NCBI GenBank assembly: GCA_001949185.1 | Contig: BDGG01000011.1 | Span: 703,552-767,551, forward strand | Length of the DNA: 64,000 bases | Origin: Ramazzottius varieornatus | Taxonomy: Eukaryota > Animalia > Tardigrada | Reading direction: 5' to 3' | Shown: positions 25,529 through 36,209 of the stretch, piece by piece | Position numbering within the stretch: the stretch's first letter is position 1 | How the letters are laid out: the number at the start of each line of letters is the position of its first letter | Position numbers and translations under genes: made by a program | The notes under the pieces: model-generated | The model's database searches: none | Seen by the model: only the letters and a program-made list of their open reading frames with translations | What the model was told of the DNA's origin: nothing

Positions 25529-25985
25529 TTCTAAATTCTATGTATACAACTTCGTCCTGTCTATCGTGTCTCATCTGTGATTTTAGTCTGGATAAGTCTT
25601 TAACTTATTGAGAACTCGAAATGGGAGATTGAAAAACAAACTCGACAGGGCTTTTTCTAAGCGGCGTACGTTTCCAGTGTCACTGGATGGAGGCGTGCAC
25701 CACTTGGGAGCGATATTGTTGTACTAAGTGGCGCACTGTTGTGCGTTATTGCCTGTAAACGTGCGCCACATGATGAATGAAACTGCCGAGTTCGCTTGTT
25801 TAGGTCCCAAGTGAGCCAGAACGGTTTTCTACGTCACTTTTTCATTTCTCGGTGGTGAAATGTCTGTTTTGATTTTGGGCTCTAATATTCCGAAATATAC
25901 ATGTAATCAGACAAGGATGCAAAAAGTACAAAATTAATTATCTCAGAAGGACTGTGAAGAAGGAAGTGTTCAAAGGTACGAAAGT

Positions 25986-26916
25986 TTAGTAGCCGTATTG
26001 CAAGCTGTAGTATCCGTTGCCACCAGCCGATGAAGAACCCGTACTTCCGGCCCCGGCAGCGTAATTGTAGGATGGCTTGCCCATGTAAGCTCCATACTCC
26101 ATGGGGGCCGGATAGGCGGTGTAGGCTGCTGATGACCGATATTGGGGCTTAGCGTAGCCTGAACTGCCGCCGTAAGAGGGCTTACTGTAGGATGATCCGC
26201 CTCCACCATACGAATCTTGGTGGTAGTTAAAGTAGTTCAAGGGGAATCCGGCCAAAGAGTTGTCGTAAACCACATTCTGTCCGTAGTACCGTCTCTCATC
26301 TATAACACAGAACTTTCGGTCTAACATCCACATTAGCGTTCTGCAGGAAGGAGAACGGAAGGTCGGTAAGCAAACTAAGCCTGATCTTGACCAAGTGGCG
26401 CATGTTTGCTGTGTTTTTGACTGGAACTGTGCGCCACTGGCACAAACGACCTTGTTGAGCTCTTCCAAGTAGCGCGCGTTGTCGCTGTGATTGGCTTCAT
26501 GCGTGCGCCACTTGGATATACGATCTTGTCGAGTTTGTTTGCCGAGGTCCCAAGTAAGGGACCAGGGCCTTCTACTTACAGCCGAAAGGAAAACCAGCAA
26601 GTCCGAAGTGAGGTGTATCTCCGCGATCGAAGTAGCGAGGATCCACGCCGCCACCGTAACTTCCACCCGACCGATAGCGGTTGTAAGAGCTGGATTCTGC
26701 CGCCAGAGGCTCGGACGCGGAAGCTGCTGCGCTGGGACCTTCGGCAACGGTCTTGGCAGCTCCCTGTTGTGCCTGAATTATTCCAATCAGTCCAATCATA
26801 ACTACAGCCTGCAAAAGAACACCAACGAACATGAAACCCAGCGGAATAAGAAAAGAGCAAATCCGAACCAGGAAGGGAAATTCAGTTACCGTTATAGTCA
26901 ACAGGATGGTCGCCAT
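25986..26916 (-). CDS. Secreted Gly/Tyr/Ser-rich low-complexity protein (cuticle/structural-like), 3 exons
   Basis: MATILLTIT|AVVMIGLIGIIQA signal peptide; SYGGG/YGG-rich body; internally repeated LAGFP motif; GT-AG junctions; stop at 25986. Confidence 0.7.
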
Positions 26917-27047
26917 ACTATCGTGGAAGCTGGTTCGCTGGAGAGGGATGGTTCTTGAACGGGTAATTAGCACAGACGACGGTGTTGAAGAAGTTTGAGT
27001 AAACAGTAAGTGATCGCCGACGATGTCCAAACAGATGAGGTGGGAAG

Positions 27048-27055
27048 TTTATATA
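27048..27055 (-). promoter_or_regulatory. TATA box of the Gly/Tyr-rich protein gene
   Basis: TATATAAA on the minus strand about 130 bp upstream of the ATG at 26916. Confidence 0.5.
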
Positions 27056-27730
27056 GTGCGAAGAGGTAGAAACCCTTTACGTAACGCTAATGAGAAGTGG
27101 TCAACGGTGCGTGCGAGCACTTGGGACATGTATATAGATGAACGTTGACGCGCGACCAGACGTATTACGGAGCGCGGAGATGATATGGATGCTTGGGCAG
27201 GATGTGGCTGATCAGCAGGCGATGCGGATGGCGCAGCTTGACCATAAGGTACAGTACCTGGCTATCCATCTTTGTTTGATCTAACGGCCTTCCATCACTT
27301 GTCTCCTGCGCAAGCGGCGCAAGTACCCAGTCGTCACTTCAGTCAAGCCCTCAAATCTCATCATCGTACCCATTATGTCCTCATCAGATTATCCGCTACT
27401 TTTGCAACCAGCGATACAGGTTGGATTAATTGCGCATTACGCCATGTAACAACTTTGATATTTACATCACATAATCGTATTTTATGAAATCAAGACGGGT
27501 GTCATCTTGCACAACTAGATTCAAGGAGCTTTGATTCATTTGAGCATCTTGTGGAAGTAAAATCAGCGCAAAAACCGTCAAGAGAAACGGAAAGCAGAAT
27601 AAGACAAAAGGAAAAACTTCTTCGCAGAGAACTGTGACTAACTCAGCAAAACGGAAGAGCAGTCGGGCTGAACCTACCATAAAAAAGGTGCCAGCTTACG
27701 AAAGAAACTCGCTTCTTTTTCCAGCTCAAT

Positions 27731-30700
27731 TTACACTTCTCCTGGTTCGGAATGATCGTAGAACAACCTGACAGTCTTGATGGCTTCGTCAGTTGTCTTG
27801 TCTCGTTGATGGGTGTGGAGGTAGGCCAGTCTTTCTTCCAGTTGGGGGCGCGTCAGCTCTGTGCGCAGCATCAGATCATCAATGGCCGCTACGCCTTCCC
27901 GTAGCAACATACGATCCACCACGAAGGAATATGGTGTCTCCGGAGCTCTCTTGGTTATCTACAACAAAATTGAATATTTTCGTTAACGGGGTTTCAAACC
28001 AACAGAGAGCCAAATAGTAGCCCCCAAAGACCTAGCCAACAATCCAGAGCTCGACAAAAATCTCGACAAAATGGCTTTCCTGAGTGGCGCACATTTCCAG
28101 TGTTATTGCGTGCGCCGGTTGGGAAAACGGTCTTCTGGAGTTTCTCAAGTGGCGCACGCTTCCGGCCATTAACACAGAATATGTGCGCCACTTAGGGAAA
28201 CAATCTTGGTCAGATTGTTTGCTCCAAGCTCCGAAGTATCGATTTCACATTCGACAGAGATTAGCGAAAAAGATACAGCGACGCGATACAAAGGTTCCTT
28301 TACCTGAAGTGTGGAAAGAAAGTTGACAACGGCTTTGGGCAAGCCATTGCACGCGAAGAAGACGTAAAGGATGTAGGCTGGATCGCGCTGGAAACGCTTG
28401 CACATCATAGGCAGCATTTCGTTCAGCGACTTGGCTGGCTTGTTCTTCTTCTCACTCACATTAGGGCCACGACAACTGCCGCTGCTGTACGAAGCAGCAT
28501 CGACAACAATGGCATTTTCCTTGCTTGCAACTTCCGGCGCCTCTACTTCTACGACTTGAACTTGGATAATTTCGGCTGGCTTTCCCCGTTGACGAGTACG
28601 ACGCGGTACCATCGCGACTAGAAAGACACAAAAGAAATTCCTGGTTATCGCATCCCGAGGACGTGTGAGAGAAGGATAAAGCTTACTTTCAGGGGAGACT
28701 TGGTGAGCTTGACGAGACAGACTTTGCGAAGTGGAGGGTTTTGGGGAAGATCTTCGACGAGAGACAGGGTCCCTCTTCTCGACAGGTTTCGTTTCAGTTG
28801 AATGAGCTGGCTTGGTTTTTACGATCTGGCGGCTTTTGGCTCTGGTGGCGGGATGGACTTCAACCGCCGCTTTGACTGGCCTCTCTGCAACAACATTCGA
28901 TATTCAGATATCAGAATGAAAGGAAAACTCGGCAAACCAATTGGACAAGATTAAACTCCCAAGTGGCGCACGCTGCCTGCCATTAATACTATCAACGTAC
29001 GCCACTTGAAGAAACGTTATTGCCGACTTTATTTGCAGGGCTCTCAGACACGGTAGCAAAGTCTGAAAAAACGCCGTGCAGCTAATACCCTGCTGAACGT
29101 GCATCCCTTCCGGTGGTCACATGACATTGATTACTATTGATTGATGTTATACGATCACGTGAGCACCGGAAGGGATGCATTTTCAACACTCTACAAGAAC
29201 AGCAGAATTACCTGTATGGTCGGGCTTTCGAGGCGTGGCAAAGGGCACTGGTGAGGTCTTCAAGACACGCTGCTCTTGTTCAACTTCCTCCACGGGAATG
29301 ATTTCCAGCCCGATACCTTTCAACGCTCCGCGACGAGCTTCCAGTGAGTCAACCACCACATTAACCAAGTCCAGCTGTGGAAGAGATACAGCCGCAGCCG
29401 GCACAGCTGGAAAACCGACGCCATGAATACAGTACCATTCGACTAATACGTCAAGAACCAAGAGTACCTTCAATGACTGCGTTCGGTTCCGGACCTTGTG
29501 GTTCTTCAACATGAGCATCTTGTCCAACTACCATATCAACGCTGTACACCTCAGTTTGGACAGCTATTCCCTTCGAAATGTCGTAGCCTGCGTCCAGCAG
29601 CCGCGAATGTATGGGAGAACAGGCAGCGTCGCGGAAGGAAATGTCCGACCCGACGCAGCTGTCCACAGTCTCGGCCTTCTTCTCCCGCCACAGCATCGTC
29701 TGACATCCAACGCTTCCAGCTGACAACCCCTTCTCCTTCCGGCCTGCAGTACAACAAATTAGGAGGTTCTCGTGAGAGTTGTTTTTTCAAGTGGCGCACG
29801 CTTTCGGCCGATAACACCGAACCGTGCGCCACTTGGTAAACTTGGCAAGATTATTTCTCTCCAGAGTGGCGTACAGTGCATGACAAAATGCCTTCCAAAA
29901 ATGGGCGGAGCCTCTTAAATGCGAACGAGGAATCAAAATCATTGTTAAGTCAATGCGCAAATTTAATTCTCTGTGTCCAGCTGGCTCCATTCACACCCGT
30001 TTTGAAAGCATATTTTGACGTACAGTTGTATGATTTCGGTGTTACAGGCCTGAAGCCTGCGCCACTTGAGAAACAATCTTGCCGAGTTTATATGCCGAGC
30101 TGAGCTCCCACACGTCGCTGAACATGCCAAATTTACCTGATGAGTTACTCTCTGGCCTGTCTTCTTGCGGAAATGTCTCTACATCTTTAAGAAGATGGTC
30201 GTCCTCGTTGATGTCGAGGTAGATGGACGATTCGTTCGACTTGCTGGTGGCCGCTGAGGAGCGAACTCGGCGCGAAGGCGGACCTCGCATCTCCGGACGG
30301 AGATCTTCCTGGTTCCTTGCTGCCCGAACAGACTTGTTAGAGAGACGACTCTTCAGCGGTGTGGGTAGCGTTTCGTTGAGGTCCGTGGGCGACTTCAAGT
30401 TGGCCAACTCTTCGTCCACTTGCTCGTCACTACCAGCACTGGAACGCTTGTCCTTTACTTGAGGTGGCTTGGTCACGGGGACTTGCTCCTCGTCATCGTC
30501 ACTAACGATAACAAAGGGCTTCGTGCGTTTGACCACAGATACCGCGTCCTTCTGTCGTGACAGCGAGGACGGACGGCTGACTTTGTAATACTTCACGCGA
30601 ACTGGTCCTTCGTCCTCTGCAACGCAAACACACAGGCATCACCCTCTTGAAAGAAAATTCACAGCAGAATGAGACGAAAAACGAACTCCATGAGATTGTT

Positions 30701-31627
30701 TCCGAAGTAGCGCACGCCTGTGATTTTGTTGGCCGGAAACGTGCGCCACTTGGAAAATGATTACTTACCGCTGGTACTGAGATGGGTAAGACGGCGTTTC
30801 TGGCCGAGATTCTTCACGGGATGTAGAGAAGCCACTTCGAGCATGCCTGGAAAAAGGAAAACGAACAGTGGTTACACAATGGGCAAGATTTCAGACAGTA
30901 GGGAAAGGCATGTTACTGTACCCAGATTGTCGTAACGATCAACGGAGGACGCATGGGCTCTAGCTTTGGGCTTGCCAGGGACATTTTTGTTCCCAGCCAA
31001 GGCCCGGCAAGCATCTCTGGAAGGCCTGATTTGATTCTGCTGAACGGGCTGATGCGGGCCAGGCTTCTGTCCTGCCTTACTAGTGCCAGCCTCACTGCTG
31101 ATTCGACCCTTGGGTGTCACGCTGTATCGTGGTGGATCCAAGGGTGGCACAAAGTTTCCTCCACGGCCTTTGTTCCTGATCAATTCCTTCCATTCTGGAG
31201 GGATATTATACCCGTCAATGCCCTTCCGGATCTGCTTGCGATATCGCTCATGGACACTTTGCGCTGTGTGGTAGGGCAAATTCAGCTACCGAAAAGAAAC
31301 GGTCAGTTGATTAATGGTACTTGATTGTACGACTATTCCTGGACACAATTCTGCGCCGTGCATTCTCACCTTGGGGTGTGCTGCCACACAGTCAACAATA
31401 CCCGGCCAAGTTCCGATGTATCCATACTTGGGATAGGCCACTTGCACCATGTACTTGATGATATCCATGTCGTCCTTGACCGTGAACGACGTTTTAGCAC
31501 CTTTGCGATATCCCATGCCACATCCAGCAGCCTGTCGAGCGCTCAGTCCACGGCGATCAGCTGCGATAGTCTTGGCACGTGCTATGGGCTCATTGATAAA
31601 GATGGATTCGCTGTCCGAGCTATCCAT
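27731..31627 (-). CDS. Rap1/TERF2IP-like protein: N-terminal Rap1-type Myb domain, long disordered middle, putative Rap1 C-terminal-like helical domain
   Basis: GAKTSFTVKDDMDIIKYM...W...|LPYHTAQSVHERYRKQI parallels the Rap1 Myb pattern (FT..DD..I..Y...HSWQS.KDRY.K). The C-terminal exons (LPMMCKRFQRDPAYILYVFFACNGLPKAVVNFL|...DDLML...QLEERLAYL) resemble an RCT domain. Intervening exons are S/P/K/R-rich. Confidence 0.55.
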
Positions 31628-32493
31628 GACAGGCTTTGGCGGCGTCGCACCTCGGCAGCAGCCAGACTGGAAAGGAACGGAAACAGACGGTACAGCAGAT
31701 CACACCAGATGGATATTGAGCCTTCTCGTGCTCAGCCAGCTTGAGGTCTTACCACTCTTCTGACCGATACGCTTCTTCGCCACAGTCCTCAGTGAGCTTT
31801 CGCTCCGCTCCTGCGTTTGATCTACCGAGAAGAAAGCTGCGACTCAGATACAGAAAGAGCAACCTAAAGTCTGCTGAAGAAATGAGTGAAGATGAAACAG
31901 CGCACACTTAGAGCTACAGTACCTCGTTGTATATCAACGACGGCGTGCCAAAATGCGGGCTGAGTCAACAGCCGCTCTGGATAGGTGAAGAACATCCATG
32001 AGATAATTCTAGCTCTGGCTTTCATCTAATCTAATACTAATAAATATTCCGCCTCGGCCGAGGCATCAAAGAAATGTTAATGATATATTGGATGCAAAAA
32101 GCATCTAATACGGTTTTATTTAATATAATACTCATATATGCTTACATCACTATTGTCAACCGACAATTATCGACAATTGTGTCAATAGATTGAAGGCAAA
32201 ACTAGGGGGACACCGGGATAGAGGGGCAAGACTTAAGAGCCTTCGGCGTGAACTTCCCGCCGGGAAGTTTGACCTCGATACAGTATCTTGAGATGCAATA
32301 GGTTTTGACTTTGTGCCCGAAGAACAAGTCGTAATTCCCCTAACTGGTGGGCAGGAAAGGCCAGGAACCTGCAGCCCTGATCTTCGTTTGATATGCTGTT
32401 AGAAACTAATTTTTATTTTTATTCGAGATTGTAACTTCTATGGAGATGGATACATAATGAGTAAATCAGCATTCGTAATTCGTATGATCATAT

Positions 32494-33188
32494 TAAGCTC
32501 TATTTCACGAACTTGAGAAATGGCCTTTTTAATCTGTGTTCTCTCACAAAGAAGTCTGATCTGCCTCGAACTCCTTTCGGCTACACAAACCATTGCGGAG
32601 AAATGACTTTCCCATTTGGGCTACGCGACTTGAGTGGTCTTGGGGCTGGTCGGGAGCTGTCGGGCCAGTGTCGGCCATATTGGGGTTGCCACGGTTCGGC
32701 TCGGGTTTTTACGTCACAACATAACCCCCCCCCCACACGACAGTTTAAAACTAGCCTCGTGAAATTCGCACACACACACACACACACACATACACCCGCC
32801 TGATGTCATAAGAAAGAAAAAAATTTGTTTTGCACCGTATTTCGGTAAACGTATTCTCTGCGACGTCGTAAGCGTGTTTAACATTAAGCCAGGCCAGAAC
32901 GCACGGCCTTTGGCTGATCTAAAGCCTTTGCCCATTCGGTCCAATCAGACGCTACGCACGCCACGCCCTGTGACGTATCCGTGGTGTCACAGGACGACTC
33001 TGCACTTCCCATTTATAAGGGAGATGCGTTTTCTAGACTTCCGGCGCATCGCCGCACAAATCGGCTGATGCAGAAACATTTCTCCGCAATGGTTTACTGT
33101 TTGAGTTTTAAAAACGGAGGCGGTCGGATGATCGTGTGAAGAACGCGACCAGAAAAGGCCATTTCTCAAGTTCGTGAAATGGAGCTTA
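32494..33188. mobile_element. Degenerate ~700-bp inverted-repeat (foldback/MITE-like) element
   Basis: ATTTCACGAACTTGAGAAATGGCCTTTT (28 bp, ~32502) and AAACCATTGCGGAGAAATG (19 bp, ~32587) recur as exact reverse complements at ~33153-33180 and ~33077-33095. No convincing ORF inside. Confidence 0.5.
32768..32795. repeat. (CA)n microsatellite
   Basis: Run of about 11 perfect CA units followed by TACAC. Confidence 0.9.
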
Positions 33189-33497
33189 GATACTGTTCCC
33201 TCGATGGTTCTGCGAATTACGTCATCATGCCAGTAAATTACACCCGCACTGGTATCCCTGATTGTTCGATTGTCGCTCATCATTACACTTGACTGTGGGG
33301 CAGTCTTTGATCGAAGGTATAGATACTTTCTGTTCCCCGCCGGATTATATTTACCACGACAGTCACGTGATTCGCAGAACTCTCGAGGGAATACAGTGCT
33401 TACCGGGCTTTCTCCCAACTTTGTTCGATGCACCAATAACTGTTTCGAGGGAATATCAAAACTGGAAATATGACTGTCGTACGGCCTTGCAAAGAAA

Positions 33498-34307
33498 TTA
33501 GTGCGTGATGGAAATGTGACTCCCTAGGATGTCGGCTTGATCGTCATGGTCCGTGGAAGGTCCGTGATGTCCGATTGCGTGCATGAGATTGGTATCGTGG
33601 GAATGCACTGCCAAGTTTAAACAAGAAGACATTAGTACGCCCTTGTATTGTGGTACTATTAGAAAATCAGGATGAGATATCAGCAAGCAAACCGGACAAT
33701 ACGAATCGTTTAGTAGCGCACGTTTTCAATATTATTAGCCGGAAGTGTGCGCGATTCGGAACAGAGCACGGAATCTGGCTGCGTGCTATGCAGCACAACT
33801 GTTGCACACTCTTGGACATGTAGCCCAGTGCCTCTATACTGTATTCGGGACCACGTTCTTGTCGATTTTGTCTGCCGAGCTCCCATATAGTCCAGAAACG
33901 AATGTCCACTTACTCGCAGCATGGCTCGCCGCTGCCATATTCACTGGAAATGCAGAACTTTCGTATATTCGTGAGCAAGGAAGTGTGCTGATCGATGACG
34001 ACTTACTGTTGGAGTTTTGGACCCCGGAAGCATCCGGAAGACCGTGCAGTACATTCAAGTTACCATTCACCGGAACTGGTCGTCCAAACCCGGTCCCTTG
34101 GATGATGTCTCGCTTAGCTCTCATGGGGCGACCTTCTACATTGAGACAAACAGCCCAAAATACACTCGAATACTCATCTGGGGACAGAGGTATCACGTGT
34201 CAAATGCGCTGAATTCCCACATAAAAAATAATAAACGAGGACTCACCAGTGTAAGCTGAAGCTGCCATGATCAAAATCAATACGCAAAACAGGGAACCCA
34301 TTCTCAT
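33498..34307 (-). CDS. Orphan 109-aa secreted prepropeptide with RAKR cleavage site and His-rich mature region (4 exons)
   Basis: Exons 34247-34307, 34007-34135, 33914-33943 and 33498-33607 join through three phase-1 GT(A/G)AG..AG introns. The 330-nt ORF reads MRMGSLFCVLILIMAASAYTEGRPMRAKR-DIIQGTGFGRPVPV...HAIGHHGPSTDHDDQADILGSHISITH*. Confidence 0.65.
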
Positions 34308-36209
34308 GATATTCCTGGTCGACAATAAATCGAGAGAAATTCTTTTTCGGAAACTTCAAGTGACAACTTCCGGATCTGAACAAAACGCGAAGACTTGTAT
34401 GAAAAATGTACTTCCTTGTATACTAATGGACAGTGCAACGACTGGAATCGTGATTTGAATTAACTTCTTCGATGACATTTCCGCCAACCTTTAACATAAC
34501 TATGGCTTTGAGCGAAAAACGGTCGGCCACTTCCACGAGCTGTTGCCGTTTGATTGCAATTTTCTGCTGAAGGCACTGAAGTCGCCAGGTATCATGATTA
34601 TTTTATCGTGACTTCCTTGGCATCATGTCATGAGAAAACAGATTGTAACGCAAGCACAAAAGTTTCGGCATTTTCTATTCTGAGCTTGGCAAACCAACTC
34701 GACAAAGTCGGGTTTTCAAATGGCGCCAGCTTCCAGGCACTTGCACTGGAAACGCCGGCCACTTGAGAAACGTTTGTCGAGATTGCTCGCCGCGCATCCA
34801 CTAAGGCCGTGTTCATTTGGTGCACTTGTTCATTTGTCCTAGACTACTAGGTCGTTATGAAGATTATGATGAAGCTGCGTTCATGAAAGCGATTATTTCC
34901 AACCCAGAGGTGGGTAGCTCATAACAACCCGAAAATCGTTCACAAAGTCGAAAAATTATGAGATGAGTCAATTCAATCACGTTTCATCTAACCTCGTCGT
35001 CAACTACGTCGACTTTGTAAACGCATCAGGGCCAGCAACCAGCGTAGCCAACCAATCCCATTATAAAGCGCCTCCCACAGATACTATCCAAAAGAGCTAG
35101 TAGCTTTTAACCCAGCTTCCGGCTGCGACATCCAACATTTTGAACATAAATTCTCTCTGCATCACTGGCTACTCCATGAAAACTTTCCACTGTCAGAATA
35201 CAGTTTCTGGCTTCGTTTGGTGTGAGGAAAGTAAAAGGTGGACCGTGGATGGAACAGGTACATCTCAACTCCTCCTGCAGGGATAAGTTCCCATACTGCC
35301 CCACTACCGTTCTCGAAAACTGTCGTTCTCGAAAACTAGCTTCTCACTGCTCAGTAGCTCCTGAGACCTTCCCAATGTTTTCATCACCCGCAGCGGCTTC
35401 TCCATATAATGTAAACAGTACAGCTAAGGGAAGTCGAACTTCCACCAAACGCGCCGTGCGAGTTCTCAAATGACGACAGTCAGAGGGTAGCTAACCCAGT
35501 TGCCAATAATTCATTTTCGAACGGTAGTTGATCAAAATCAAGTAAGTCACTGCGTGGTTGCTCATAATTTCGTCTACCACACCAACTAGCTTTTCTGCGT
35601 GTTCACAAAGTCTACGTTGTTCTTCATAACGACCTGGTCGCTCACAACGGCCCAGTCGAGAAAATGAACACGGCCTAACTGTTGTGTTCGCAAAACCTGA
35701 CCGAAGGATGACAAAACGCGAAATACGAAGGCAAGGGCGTAGGGAAAAGAGCGGAACGGTTACATTGGGAGGGGGGACGCTGGTTGTCGGCAAAGGTTTA
35801 CTGGGAGAAAACAGAGGCTAAAGCAGTACAGTAATCTTATCAAGCAAAATCCACAGTGCACACTCGGTTACAAGCATTAGCAGCCGAGCTCGTTCAAACT
35901 GCGTCGAAAGCGTCGTCATAAAATCTGATGGGTAAACGTAATCGTCTGATGATGGTTCAAGTCGCACCGTCTCTATCGTCAATGGCTTCAAACGCATAAT
36001 AAGGCTGGCTGGATTAGGTAGAATAAACCAAAGGGCAAAAAAGTAGGAGACGGCAATGTATCGTGTACGAGAAGCTATCAAAGGCTAAAGTCCTGCAGGG
36101 TAAGGTAATGTGGGTAAGCCAAGAGCAGCGGCGGCAGCATCAGGTCGGTTCTTTTGATTGATTTTCTGTCAAGGTGACATCTGGGCCATTTTCCTGTCGG
36201 GTTCTTCTT

